The notes: a model not told the origin generated them from the sequence alone. Counted from the stretch's first letter, positions 50,309-61,421 are shown. The stretch: DNA of 64,000 nt from an uncultured delta proteobacterium (GCA_963696385.1 CAVOKF010000007.1:224001-288000); one strand, 5' to 3'. A program made the numbers and translations.

Positions 50309-52622
50309 TCACAAATCGGACGACAGCCTTTGCAGGTCCCCGGCCATCCGCGACACCTCGCTCGAAGCCTTCTTGATGTCCTGCACTCCCGCGGAGGTGT
50401 CCTTCGCGGCTTGCGCGACCCCCGTGATGTTCTGTGCAATCTCGGAGCTGCCCTTCGCGGCCTCGGAGACGTTGCGACTGATCTCGTTCGTGGTCGCCGT
50501 CTGTTCTTCGACGGCGCTGGCGATCGTATTCTGAATGTCGTTGATCTGGTTGATGATGCCGCTGATCTGTCCAATGGCGGCGACGGCCCCTCGCGTGTCG
50601 GTCTGAATCGCCTCGATCTTCTGGCTGATGTCCTCGGTGGCCTTGGCCGTCTCCTTGGCGAGCTCCTTGACCTCGTTGGCAACGACCGCAAACCCTTTGC
50701 CCGCCTCGCCGGCCCTCGCGGCCTCAATCGTGGCATTGAGCGCGAGCAGGTTGGTCTGCTGGGCGATGGACGTGATGACCTTGATCACCTTGCCGATTTC
50801 GGCGCTGCTTTCTCCGAGCTTCGCGACGGTGGCGTTCGTGGTCTCCGCGACCTTCACTGCCGAGGTCGCGACGCGGGCTGCGTCGTTGGCGCTCTTGGCA
50901 ATCTCGCGAATGCTCGCGGTCATCTCCTCGGCGCCGGTCGCGACGGTCTGCACGTTCTTGTTCACCTGTTCGGCGGCGGCGGAGACGACGTTTGCCTGCG
51001 CCGACGTCTCCTCGGCGTTGGCCGCCATCGTGCTCGCGAGGGCGTCGAGCTCCGCTCCCGCGGCGCCGAGGGTCGTGGCGTTGCCTGCAATCTCTCGCTG
51101 GACCAGCGCGGCCCGCTCGCGGCGTCGCACGACCTCGGTGACGTCCGTGGCGTACTTGACGACCTTGCAGGGCTTTCCGTTGAGATCGAGGATCGGGTTG
51201 TAGGAGGCCTGAATGGTGACGACCTTGCCGCCTTTGCCGATGCGTTTGTACTCCGCAGCCTGGTACTCGCCGCGGTTCAGCTTCGCCCAGAACTCGCGAT
51301 AGTCGTTGCTCGACCGCGTCGCCTCGTCGACGAACATGCTGTGGTGCCGGCCCTTGATCTCGTCGAGCGAGTAGCCGAGGACTCTCAGGAAGTTGTCGTT
51401 CGCCGTAACGACCGTGCCGTCCAGCTTGAACTCGATCACCGCCTGGGACTTCGAGAATCGCCGCAATCTGTGCGACAAAGTCGGCCGTGGCGACCTTCTG
51501 CGCCGTGATGTCCGTGGCGTACTTGACGACCTTGAACGGCTTGCCCCGCAGATCGAGGATGGGGTTGTAGGACGCCTGGATCCAGACCTCCTTGCCGTTC
51601 TTGCCGATCCGCTTGTACTCCGCCGCCTGATACTCGCCGCGGTTCAGCTTCGCCCAGAACTCCCGGTACTCGTGACTCGATCGCGTGGCCTCGTCGACGA
51701 ACATGCTGTGGTGACGGCCTTGGATTTCGTCGAGCGAGTAGCCAAGCGCCCGGAGAAAGTTCTCATTCGCGCCGATGACCGTGCCGTCCATTTGGAACTC
51801 GATGACCGCCTGTGCCCTCGAGATGGCCGCGACTTGGCCCGCGTGGTCCTCGGTCTGGGTCACAATCTCCCAGGTCAGCATCATCGCGGCCGGCTTGCCC
51901 GTGGCGTCGTTCACCGACGTGACCAGAAGCGACAGACGCTCGGGGCCTAGCTGAACGATCGCGCGGTGCGGAAGGCTCTTCGGGTCGGACAAGATGCGTC
52001 GCTGGTGCGACGGGACCTTGTGGAACACGTCGATGCTGCTACCGATGATCTTCGATACGGGGATCGGGAGGTACTTCTCCAGAACCGATAGCGTGCTGCG
52101 CGACGCAGCGTTCATCTGACGGATGGTGAAATCCAGGTCGCACGTCAAGATGTTCACCGGCACGCTCTCGATCATCTGGGCGAGCTTGACGGCTTCGTCG
52201 CGCGCGCTGCCCCGATGCGTCGCGATCTCCAGGTGAATGCCCACGCCGCGGGACTCCTTTCCAGGGCCGCTCATGGGAGATGCCTGGATGGCGAGGAGCT
52301 CGTTGCCGACCCTCACCTCGACGGAGACCTCTCGACCCTGACGCAGACTGCGTCGCTCTTGCGCGGAGAATGCGTGGACGACGTCGAAAGGCTCTCCCAC
52401 AAGGCTGTCCGCGGCGATCTCGATAGCGTCACCGAGGCGCTCGAGAGCCTGGCGGGCTGCCCGGTTCACGTGGCGAACCGTGAGACTTGCATCGCAGTAC
52501 AATAGGCCCGCAGGCGATCCTTCGAAGAGGGCGTCGAGCGAAGCGTCGGTGTCGGGGCGTGCGGGCCCGGGCGGCACGACGCTGTTGCCATTGATTTTTC
52601 CGCGAGCGGTTTCCTCGTCCAT
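50309..52622 (-). CDS. soluble multi-PAS methyl-accepting chemotaxis protein, frameshifted near 51456
   Basis: No TM segment; PAS with [11 protein letters not shown], two tandem AVIEF..HHSMFV..QASYNPI PAS repeats, signalling domain [30 protein letters not shown]. Confidence 0.9.
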
Positions 52623-52695
52623 AGTATTTTCCGTCCCTGTTGTTTTGTTTCACCCATCACTCGTTTGCGGCCGGCTGCAGCGCCGCCGACACGCT

Positions 52696-53151
52696 TCAAC
52701 CAACCGGACTGGAGGGCGCCGGTTCGGCGACCGCCCCTTCCGTATCCAGGACCAGCATCAGCCGGTCCTTCAACCTGTAGACCCCGGCGACGAGCTCTCG
52801 ACCGCTCGCGGCGAGCGTCTCGGGCAAGCGCCCCCGGCTTGCATCGTCGACCTCAACGACGTCGCCAATCTCGTCGACCAACAGGCTGACGGCGCCGTCG
52901 TCGGTGCGGACGACGACGTTCGTGGGCCACTGACCCGCGGGCCGCGGCGCAAGGCCGAGCCGAGCGCGCATGTCGAGCGCGGTCACAATCTGGCCGCGCA
53001 GGTTGATGAGGCCACTGATGATCGGGGATGCCAGAGGCACGGGCGTCATCTCCTGATACCGAATGACCTCCTGGACTCGCGTAACGTCCACGCCGAAGAA
53101 ACGATCGGCGACGAGAAACGTGCAGAATTGCCGGGTATCGCTCATGGTCAT
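52696..53151 (-). CDS. cheW: chemotaxis coupling protein CheW
   Basis: QFCTF..VQEVI..GLINLRGQIV..LLVDEIGDVV. Confidence 0.93.
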   Translation of the reverse strand: MTMSDTRQFCTFLVADRFFGVDVTRVQEVIRYQEMTPVPLASPIISGLINLRGQIVTALDMRARLGLAPRPAGQWPTNVVVRTDDGAVSLLVDEIGDVVEVDDASRGRLPETLAASGRELVAGVYRLKDRLMLVLDTEGAVAEPAPSSPVG

Positions 53152-53156
53152 CGCCC

Positions 53157-55409
53157 TCAGGCCGCGTGGGTTCGTTCGAAGAACTCGGGGTCCGTGGCGC
53201 GAATGACTCCGTGAACGTCGAGCAGATCGGTGACCTTTCCTCCGATCACGGCAGACCCGATGACGCCGTGGCTTGCGGCCCGCATCTCTTCGGTAAACGA
53301 CTCCTCGACGATATCGAGGATTCGGTCCACGACGAGTCCGACGCTGCGCCCCAGCTCGGAGTAGACGATGACTTGGAGCGGGACATCGCCGTCGCCCGGG
53401 CCGTGGTCCATCGTGCCGCAAAGATCGATGAGCGGCAGGATGCGCCCCCGGTACTGCATGACATAACGGCCGCTCGATCGCTCGAGGCGCTCGCGCGGAA
53501 ACTCCTCGAGGCGAGCGACCATCGACAACGGAATGGCCATGCGGCCCGCTTCCCGGACGCGAAACAGCAGGACGGCTCGCCTTTTCTCCTCTTTGTGGCC
53601 TTGGTGGCCGGACTCCTTCCGGTCGTCGGCAAGATGGCGATCGCGGACCTCGGAGATGACGTTGGCTCTCTGGGCGATTCCAAGCACGTCCAGGATGAGC
53701 GCCACGCGTCCGTCGCCCATGATGGTCGCGCCAGCGAACACCGAGAGCCCCTTCAACTCCTTGCCCAGCGGCTTGACGACAATTTCCTCGGTATCGCTCA
53801 CGCCGTCGACGACCAGGCCGAACTGGCGATCGTCGGCCTGCAGAACGACAATATTGAGGGCTCCCGAATCCGCGAGATCTTTGTCGGGGAACCCCAGCGT
53901 CCGGTTGAGGAAAACGAGCGGCAGGATGTCGCCGCGAAGACGATACACAGGTGCGCCATGGACGTGCTCGAGGACCGTCCTGGCTTGCTCTCGCTCGAGG
54001 CGCACCAGCTCCAACAGGTTCACTTGCGGGATGGCGAAACGCTCGGTGTCGCTGGTCACGACGAGCGCGGGAATGATGGCCAGCGTGAGCGGAATCTTGA
54101 TCTTGAGCGTCGTGCCCTGACCGGCTTTGCTCTGGACGTCGACGGTGCCGCCGATTTTTTCGACGTTGGTCTTGACCACGTCCATGCCAACGCCCCGACC
54201 GGAGACGCTCGTGACCTTCTCGGCGGTCGAGAGCCCGGCCAAGAATATGAGGTTCAGGCTCTCGCGGTCGCTCATCCGGGCGGCCCGATCCTGCGCAACG
54301 AGCCCGCGCGCGACCGCCTTGTCCCGGATCTTCTCCGGGTCGATCCCCGCGCCATCGTCCGAGATCTCGATGTTGACCTGACCCCCTTCGTGGTAGGCGC
54401 GCAGAAGAAGCTTGCCGTAAGGAGGTTTCCCGCGCGCGATCCGCACCTCGGGAGTCTCGATACCGTGGTCGACGGAATTGCGGACCAAGTGCGTCAGCGG
54501 GTCTTTGATCGCTTCGATGATCGTACGATCGAGATCGGTCTCTTCGCCGATCATGTCGAGTTTGACTTGCTTGCCGCAGGTCACCGCGAGATCGCGAACC
54601 ACGCGCGGGAACTTGTTCCACACGTTGCCGATGGGCTGCATGCGCGTCTTCATCACGCCTTCCTGCAGCTCGGTGGCAATGAGGTTCAAGCGCTGCGAGG
54701 TGCCTACGAACGACGAGTCCTTGCTCTGTCCGGCGAACTGCAGAATCTGATTGCGCGCCAGAACGAGCTCGCCGACGAGGTTCATCAGCTTGTCGAGCAG
54801 CCCGACGTCGACGCGGATGCTCGTGTCCGAAGCGGCGGCGCGCATTTCACGCTGTGCATGCAAGGCCTCCGAGATGGCCGACGCGTTGTGGACGCTGCCT
54901 CGGGAAACGAGGATTTCGCCGATCTTGCGGGGGTCCTGCTTCTGCTGCTCGAGAGCCTCTTCGAGATCCTTCGGTCCGATGACTCCCGCCTCGATCAGGA
55001 TCTCTCCGATGGGCTGCACGCGCACCGCGCCAAAGGACTCGAGTCTCGCACGGAGAGAAGAGTAGTCCTCCGACCCCTCGCTCCGGGTCGACTCGACGCA
55101 TTTCAGAATGCGCCGGACGCCATCGACCATCGCCAAAAGCGTCGAAGTGATCTCCGGCGTCAGTGTCAACTTGCCGTCGCGGATCTTGCTGAGGACACCC
55201 TCGCCCCCGTGAGCGAGGTCCTCCAGCTTGGATAGTCCGAGAAAGCCCGATGTGCCCTTGATCGTGTGAATGGTACGGAAGATGGCCGCGACGCGATCGA
55301 TTGCACCGGGACTGCTTTCGAGCGCGACGAAGTCGCGATCGAGCCGGTCCAGATTCTCGGTGCTCTCCACCAAGAATTCGCGAAAGATCTCTTCGTCGCC
55401 GACCGCCAT
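53157..55409 (-). CDS. cheA: chemotaxis histidine kinase CheA with additional C-terminal CheW-like domain
   Basis: IFRTIHTIKG (HPt), SIRVDV, HLVRNSVDHGIE, SGRGVGMDVV, PLTLAI, two CheW-like domains. Confidence 0.96.
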   Translation of the reverse strand: MAVGDEEIFREFLVESTENLDRLDRDFVALESSPGAIDRVAAIFRTIHTIKGTSGFLGLSKLEDLAHGGEGVLSKIRDGKLTLTPEITSTLLAMVDGVRRILKCVESTRSEGSEDYSSLRARLESFGAVRVQPIGEILIEAGVIGPKDLEEALEQQKQDPRKIGEILVSRGSVHNASAISEALHAQREMRAAASDTSIRVDVGLLDKLMNLVGELVLARNQILQFAGQSKDSSFVGTSQRLNLIATELQEGVMKTRMQPIGNVWNKFPRVVRDLAVTCGKQVKLDMIGEETDLDRTIIEAIKDPLTHLVRNSVDHGIETPEVRIARGKPPYGKLLLRAYHEGGQVNIEISDDGAGIDPEKIRDKAVARGLVAQDRAARMSDRESLNLIFLAGLSTAEKVTSVSGRGVGMDVVKTNVEKIGGTVDVQSKAGQGTTLKIKIPLTLAIIPALVVTSDTERFAIPQVNLLELVRLEREQARTVLEHVHGAPVYRLRGDILPLVFLNRTLGFPDKDLADSGALNIVVLQADDRQFGLVVDGVSDTEEIVVKPLGKELKGLSVFAGATIMGDGRVALILDVLGIAQRANVISEVRDRHLADDRKESGHQGHKEEKRRAVLLFRVREAGRMAIPLSMVARLEEFPRERLERSSGRYVMQYRGRILPLIDLCGTMDHGPGDGDVPLQVIVYSELGRSVGLVVDRILDIVEESFTEEMRAASHGVIGSAVIGGKVTDLLDVHGVIRATDPEFFERTHAA

Positions 55410-55750
55410 GCGTCCGCCCCCCTTGGCCCCTTTGGGGAGCCCTTCAGTCCCCCCTCGTGACCGAGAAACCGCCATGGAGGACGGCTGCGTTCTGCCGGCA
55501 CATAAGCTTTTTCGTGCGCATCCACCCAAAAGAGGCGACCAATGTAAGCCAATGACGTTTCACCTGAAACGGTTGCGCGAAGCGTCCTCGCCCAACGTTG
55601 GGATGCGCGGCTCGCCGCGTGAGCTCGCTTCACACGAGGACGCCCGAGGCGTTGTCCAACGGGCACAAACGTGTTGCACAACGAACTATTGAACCTTCTC
55701 GGCCCGCATGCGACCGTCGCCCCCGTCCTTCAACGCGCAAAGGGGTTCCA

Positions 55751-56764
55751 ATGAAAAACGCTTTGTGGATGCACGTCGTCCTGGCGGCCGGGATTTCTAC
55801 GATCTCGGCACCCGCCCTGGCGTCCTCGGCCGTGGGCACCGTCTCGAGCTTCACCGGCAATCTCGCGAACTCGCCGTGCGGCAGCCCCGAGGGCCTTACC
55901 ATCGACTTCGAGGGCAATTTTTATATTGGATCCTCCCAGACGAAATCGACGGGCGACGTTTGCCAGGTATTGCCGAACGGATCGCTCGGCCACATTTACG
56001 CGATCCCCCCGGGGCCTGCCGGAGTCGTCTCTTTGCTCGGCCTGCTCTACGAGGGACCGCACAGGCTGTTTGCCCTCGACTTCGCGGATTCGTTCGAGAA
56101 CCCGACCCATACCAATGGCCGCGTGCTGTCCGTCGACACGGATAGCGGTGCGGTGACGACGGTCGCCTCCGGCTTTACGTTTCCGAACGGCATCGCGGAG
56201 GACTTGCGCGGCTATTATTACGTAGCCGACTCCTTCCAAGGTTCGGTCACGCGCATCTCCGCCGACGGCTCGAGCAAAACGTTGTGGTCCGCAAGCCCCC
56301 TGTTGCTGCCCGGCACCGGCTTTCCGCCTCTCGGCGCCAACGGCATCGCGTTCGACCTCTTCTTTCAGAACGTGTACGTGTCCAACACGTCGAATCACCA
56401 GATCATTCGCATCCCCGTCGAGTTGGACGGAAGCGCGGGCACCGAGGAGGTCTTCGCCGACGGCCCGACGATCGACGCGAAGCAAGGCACGACGAACGCC
56501 CTGGCTGGCGCGGATGGCATTGCATTCGACCTTTTCGGCAATCTGTACGTATGCGCCAACCAGGCCAACCAAATTCAGGTTATTTCGCCGAACGCAGAGC
56601 TCACGGCGCAATACACGAGTTCGACCGTGACGCTGGACAACCCCGCATCGCTCGTCTTCCTCGGCAATCGGCTGTTCTTCACGAACGCCTCGATCTTCGA
56701 CGGGGGCGTGAACTCGGCCGTCTTCGTGCTCCAGACACCGTCGTTCGGTCTGCCTCCTCTGTAG
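55751..56764 (+). CDS. SMP-30/gluconolactonase/LRE-like beta-propeller, exported
   Basis: Signal peptide, SPEGL, FPNGIA, GANGIAF, GADGIAFD..GNLYV, DNPASL. Confidence 0.85.
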   Translation: MKNALWMHVVLAAGISTISAPALASSAVGTVSSFTGNLANSPCGSPEGLTIDFEGNFYIGSSQTKSTGDVCQVLPNGSLGHIYAIPPGPAGVVSLLGLLYEGPHRLFALDFADSFENPTHTNGRVLSVDTDSGAVTTVASGFTFPNGIAEDLRGYYYVADSFQGSVTRISADGSSKTLWSASPLLLPGTGFPPLGANGIAFDLFFQNVYVSNTSNHQIIRIPVELDGSAGTEEVFADGPTIDAKQGTTNALAGADGIAFDLFGNLYVCANQANQIQVISPNAELTAQYTSSTVTLDNPASLVFLGNRLFFTNASIFDGGVNSAVFVLQTPSFGLPPL

Positions 56765-56919
56765 AGTCGGAGAGTATCCGATTCGATGACGCCCGCGCGA
56801 AGTTCGGCGCCCACATCCGGTTCAACGATCCGGTGGGGGCGTCGAATGGGGGCCGCCCTTGGGTCGCCCTTGGCGGATCCCTGCCAAGATGCAATGCTTG
56901 GACCGGGGAAGGTGACGCC

Positions 56920-57369
56920 ATGAACGGCGCGCTCGATGCAGAAGAGATTGAAGAGCTCTTGCTCGGCGAAGTGCTGGGTCGCGTGGGCTTCGTGGCGGAA
57001 GGCCGACCGTATATCGCTCCGGTGGCCTACGTGTACGACACGAAGTGTTCCTTCGTCTACGTCCATTCCACGACAGGATTCAAAGTGCGTGCAATGCGTG
57101 CCAATCCGGGTGTCTGCTTCGAGGTCGAGCGGGTTCGCGATATGGGCAACTGGCGCTCGGTCGTCGCCCAGGCCCGCTTCGAAGAGCTGCCGCCCGACCG
57201 CGAAGAGCTGGCCATGGCGGTTCTCGTCGCTCGCCTCGGCCCCGCAGACCCGGATCCGAAATACCTGGCGGATCGACGTGGTGCGATGCAAACGAAGCAC
57301 GGCGTCCGGCGATCCATCCTTTATCGTCTGCATTTGTTCGAGAAAGTCGGCCGATTCGAGCGAACCTAA
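56920..57369 (+). CDS. pyridoxamine 5'-phosphate oxidase-like flavin-binding protein
   Basis: GRVG..PYIAPVAYVYD..GFKVRAMRANPGVCFEV..WRSVV. Confidence 0.88.
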   Translation: MNGALDAEEIEELLLGEVLGRVGFVAEGRPYIAPVAYVYDTKCSFVYVHSTTGFKVRAMRANPGVCFEVERVRDMGNWRSVVAQARFEELPPDREELAMAVLVARLGPADPDPKYLADRRGAMQTKHGVRRSILYRLHLFEKVGRFERT

Positions 57370-57538
57370 TCCAATGGAACAGGTCACGAGATGGGCATCC
57401 GCACGAGGCGAGGGTCCGTCGGGGAAGGCGGCCGGTCCTGGATACCCCACGGAACCGCCGGGTCGAGCGTGCTCCGGGCCATGCGGTGCCGCGCCATCGA
57501 CCTCAAGACGCGCCTCGCCCGGTTGAGAAGGGCGAACC

Positions 57539-59602
57539 ATGGACACCGTTGAGACGCTGCGCGCAGCGCTGGAGCATCATCGTCAAGGCCAGCTCGGCCA
57601 GGCCGAGCGCATGTGCCGCCAAGTTCTGGCCATTGCGCCCCATCGGTCTGACGCACTCTTCTTGCTCGGACAGCTCGCGCTCGAAACGAACCGCGCTCTG
57701 GAGGCCTCGAGACTTTTCGCGCGCGCGGTGGCTCTCGCACCGGCCCACGCGGCCGTTCGAGCCGGCCTCGGCGAAGCGTTTCGGCGGCTGGGTCGTCCGG
57801 ATGAGGCGGGCGCGGCCTTCTTCGCAGCGCTTGCGCTGCAGCCGGACTTGGCCGAAGCCGTCTTCCACCTGGGGCTGCTCTTTGAAGAGCTCGGGCGGGC
57901 CGACGACGCGCTCGGGTGCTTCCGGCGGGCCGCCGAGCTGCGGCCCGACTCGGCAGCGATCCAGGCGCGCGTCGCTGCGGCTCGCAACAAGGTCGCCGGA
58001 TCCGGAAAAGTCTCATGGCCCGTGGGTGCGGCCGCGGCGTCGGTCCTTGTCGAGGTCGCGACGGCGCTTCGAGCGCGCGGCGACCACGACGGCGCGGTTG
58101 GCCTGTGCCGCCGGGCGCTCGATCTTCGGCCTCGCTTTCCCGAGGCCCTCAGCGTGCTCGGCGCCGCCCAGACCGAACTCACGCTGGTCGACGAAGCCAT
58201 CGCGACGTTTCGGCGGGCGCTCACGCTGTCGCCCGATTCGGCCGAGTTGCACGCGAATCTGGGGACGGCACTCGCCGCGGCGGGGCTGATCGACGAGGCG
58301 ATCGAGTCGACACGCAAGGCCTTGGCCCTCTCCCCGGCCCCGCGCACGCGCGCCAATCTCGTATTTTTCCTGCAGTTTAGCGCGAGCGCGAGCGCGACCG
58401 ATATCTTGGCCGAAGCCCGCCCCTTTCAAACGCAGTTCGGCGCCGCCCTCGCGGCCGAGATTCGACCCCATGCCAACGAGCCGTCGCTGTCGAGACGCAT
58501 CCGCGTCGGTTACGTCTCCCCCGATTTTCGCGATCACTGCCAGACGCTCTTCACCGCTCCCCTGTTCACCCATCACGATCACGCTCGCTTCGAGATCTTC
58601 GGATACTCGAGCGTAGCGGCCCCCGATCTGGCCACGGCCCGACTCGCCGGGGCCTGCGACCGATGGCGACCCGTGCACGGTCTCGACGACCCGACGCTGG
58701 CCTCGCGCATTCGCCAAGACGGCATCGACATCCTCGTCGACCTGACGATGCACATGTCCCAAGGCCGACCACGCCTATTTGCGAGCAAGCCGGCCCCCGT
58801 GCAAGTGTGTTGGTTGGCGTATCCCGGAACGACGGGGCTCGACGCGATCGACGCTCGAATCAGTGACCCCTACCTCGACCCGCCCGACGCCGATCTCGAC
58901 GTGTACTCCGAGAAGACCGTTCGGCTGCCCGAGACGTTTTGGTGCTACGACCCGCTCATCGAGGGCCTGGACGCGGGTCCGCTTCCGGCAGCCGCTCGCG
59001 GCGCGATCACGTTCGGGTGCCTCAACAACCCGATGAAGATCAATCGGCACGTGCTCGCCCTCTGGGCACGGGTTCTTCGCGCCGTCGGCGGCTCGAGACT
59101 GGTGGTCATGGCGCCGCTCGGGACGACGCGCAAGCGCATCGGCGACGCCCTCGGCGAGGCGGGCATCGACCGCCGCCGGGTGGACTTCGTCAAGCGACGC
59201 GCTCGGCCCGATTACCTCGCGCTCTACCGAGACATCGATCTATGCCTCGACACGTTTCCGTACGGCGGTCATACGACGAGCCTCGACGCGCTCTGGATGG
59301 GGGTGCCGGTGATCACCCTGGTGGGCGATCGGGTGGTCGGGCGGGCGGGTTTATCCCAAGCCATGAACCTCGGTATGCCGGAGCTCGTCGCGAGAAGCGC
59401 TGACGAGTACGTCGCGAGAGCGAGCGATTGGGCGCAAGACGCGGGCCGCCTCGAGGCCACGCGTCAAACGTTGCGTGCCAGAATGCAGAGCTCGCCGCTG
59501 ATGGATGCCGCCCGCTTCGCTCGCCATCTCGAGGCTGCGTACCGCCAGCTGTGGGCCGACTGGGTCGGCGCTCAGTCGGCGAATTCGAGCCGGAGCGGAT
59601 GA
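57539..59602 (+). CDS. TPR-containing O-linked glycosyltransferase (GT41, SPINDLY-like)
   Basis: N-terminal TPRs, IRVGYVSPDFRDH, DGIDILVDL, KPAPVQVCWLAYPGTTG, LDTFPYGGHTTSLDALWMGVP. Confidence 0.93.
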   Translation: MDTVETLRAALEHHRQGQLGQAERMCRQVLAIAPHRSDALFLLGQLALETNRALEASRLFARAVALAPAHAAVRAGLGEAFRRLGRPDEAGAAFFAALALQPDLAEAVFHLGLLFEELGRADDALGCFRRAAELRPDSAAIQARVAAARNKVAGSGKVSWPVGAAAASVLVEVATALRARGDHDGAVGLCRRALDLRPRFPEALSVLGAAQTELTLVDEAIATFRRALTLSPDSAELHANLGTALAAAGLIDEAIESTRKALALSPAPRTRANLVFFLQFSASASATDILAEARPFQTQFGAALAAEIRPHANEPSLSRRIRVGYVSPDFRDHCQTLFTAPLFTHHDHARFEIFGYSSVAAPDLATARLAGACDRWRPVHGLDDPTLASRIRQDGIDILVDLTMHMSQGRPRLFASKPAPVQVCWLAYPGTTGLDAIDARISDPYLDPPDADLDVYSEKTVRLPETFWCYDPLIEGLDAGPLPAAARGAITFGCLNNPMKINRHVLALWARVLRAVGGSRLVVMAPLGTTRKRIGDALGEAGIDRRRVDFVKRRARPDYLALYRDIDLCLDTFPYGGHTTSLDALWMGVPVITLVGDRVVGRAGLSQAMNLGMPELVARSADEYVARASDWAQDAGRLEATRQTLRARMQSSPLMDAARFARHLEAAYRQLWADWVGAQSANSSRSG

Positions 59603-59947
59603 GGATCGCTGCCACCTTCGCCCACGGGCGTGACCTGCTCAGGCGCCGCATTTCGCCCTGTCTCGGCCCCGCGTAGCGGTCCGGCGAAAACCTAAACGCG
59701 CATTCAGGTTCGGGCGCCCCGGTTGACTCGACAACGATCGGTGGGCCAGCGGTGTTGCGGCACACTTGCGCGCGACGCGAGTTGATCGGAAGCTTCGAGC
59801 CCGAGACGCCCAGGAGAGCCCATCGTACGAAGTACCGGCCGCAGACCTCACGAGGCCAAGGCCGCCGATCAGGGCCATTCGGGGAGTGAGTATGGACGAA
59901 GTTCTCGACGCCGATGCGAAAAACACTTCGACAGCCGACGTACAAGG

Positions 59948-60328
59948 GTGTCCACCACTCCGGACAGACGATCGTGGAGCGCCCGCGTAGCGCCTCCCAT
60001 TCGAAGGGAGAGCCTCCCAGTGCCACCCCGTTCCCGTAGCAAGCCTCCGGCCAAGATGGGCAGCGGGCCGCCCTCTGGACAGTTCAATAGAGAAGAACCG
60101 CCCACTCTGCCCTTCATTTCGCCGATAGGTGAAATTGAAGATCTAAAAAAAGAAATTGAAGATCTAAAAAGGGAGCTTGCCTCTGAACGCGAACGAGCGA
60201 CTTCGTGGAAGACCCTTGCGCAAAGTAGAGGCCGAAAAATTCGCGGCTTACAGGAGGCCAAGATATCCCTGACCGCACGAATCCGACGGCTGAAAACCAC
60301 CATCCCACCCGCGGCACCCGATAAGTGA
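59948..60328 (+). CDS. small hypothetical coiled-coil protein
   Basis: EIEDLKKEIEDLKRELASERER heptads; start uncertain. Confidence 0.35.
   Translation: MSTTPDRRSWSARVAPPIRRESLPVPPRSRSKPPAKMGSGPPSGQFNREEPPTLPFISPIGEIEDLKKEIEDLKRELASERERATSWKTLAQSRGRKIRGLQEAKISLTARIRRLKTTIPPAAPDK
60131..60170. repeat. 21-bp AT-rich tandem duplication
   Basis: GAAATTGAAGATCTAAAAA at 60131 and 60152. Confidence 0.9.
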
Positions 60329-60386
60329 CGGCCCTCTGCTCGACTCCGTCGATCGAGCGATAGATCGGCGATTTCGTCCTGCTCCG

Positions 60387-61421
60387 TCAAAACGATCCGT
60401 GCACGCCGGCGAAGCCCGCACCCGCATAGGGCCTGACGGTCAGGCCGGCGGTCGGAGCCCCTGGCGACGAGGCCTTGGCCGTGCCGACGGCGACGGATGC
60501 GATCGCGATCGCCGCCCCAACGCCAGCGAAGCCGAAGAACGCGTTGGAGACAATCGCCAGCCGGTTGGCGGAGTCGAGGTCCTGCGAAGGCCGTCCCGGC
60601 GGGCAACTAAGGTTCGGACACTCGGCTCTTAGCGACGACTTGTCCGACCAGGAGATGGCCCCGCTGACGATTCCGACGAGGAGACCCGCCGTTGCCGCGC
60701 CAAGCCCCGCGTAGGTCAGGGAGCTCGGCGAATGGGATCGCTTCCCCGGCGCTTGCGCGACCCCAACCGCCTCCGGCGGCGCGGACACCGTGGCTCGCGT
60801 GACAGCGCCCGGATCGGCATCCGCCAGGAACATCCTGAGTTGTTTTCGCTCCCCTTCCACCAGGTCGAACTCCTGCCGTGCTTGCACCTGAGCGACTCGG
60901 GCGACGATGACATGATGCCCGGGGTCGATGCTTCGCTCGATCCCCAAGGTCGCAGCGGGCACGACGACGCCGTCGATCGAGACAACGGGCCCGAGGCCGG
61001 AGGCGCTGCTCACGACGGCGGTGAGAGTCGGAACTCGCCCTTCGAGCGCCCCGTCGAGCTCGTCGGCGCGCCGTCTGGCCTCGTTGAAGGGCTCCGGATC
61101 GCCGGGCTTGGGCAAGGTCTTCCGAATGGAGGCGATCATGTCGCGCGCCTCGACGAGCAGCCCGAGAGAGACCTGGGTCCGCGCGACCTCGAGACCGGTG
61201 GTCGGCACGTGCATGATGTCGTCGGCTGCCTGAAAGCACCTCAGCGCTTTCGACTCGTCCCCCTGCCCGCGTAGCTCGCGCCCCTCTTGCATCAGTGCAC
61301 GCGCCGTCTCGCGGTCACCCGCAGTGGGTTGAGCACGCGCCCACCCAGCGGCCAGCGTGACGGCGACTGTGCAAGCGACAACGAGTGCGCCTTTCGAAGT
61401 GGGAGTGCTAGAATCCATCAT
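60387..61421 (-). CDS. TPR/PEGA-like exported membrane protein downstream of the kinase
   Basis: Signal peptide, ARALMQEG..PTTGLEVAR..GLLVEA, IDPGHHVIVAR, C-terminal TM segments and GAGFAGVHGSF. Confidence 0.75.
   Translation of the reverse strand: MMDSSTPTSKGALVVACTVAVTLAAGWARAQPTAGDRETARALMQEGRELRGQGDESKALRCFQAADDIMHVPTTGLEVARTQVSLGLLVEARDMIASIRKTLPKPGDPEPFNEARRRADELDGALEGRVPTLTAVVSSASGLGPVVSIDGVVVPAATLGIERSIDPGHHVIVARVAQVQARQEFDLVEGERKQLRMFLADADPGAVTRATVSAPPEAVGVAQAPGKRSHSPSSLTYAGLGAATAGLLVGIVSGAISWSDKSSLRAECPNLSCPPGRPSQDLDSANRLAIVSNAFFGFAGVGAAIAIASVAVGTAKASSPGAPTAGLTVRPYAGAGFAGVHGSF

Noticed and set aside
52696..54621. 641-aa CheW fusion
   Set aside because: The upstream part is an off-frame reading of cheA. 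CheW starts at 53151 or 53145.
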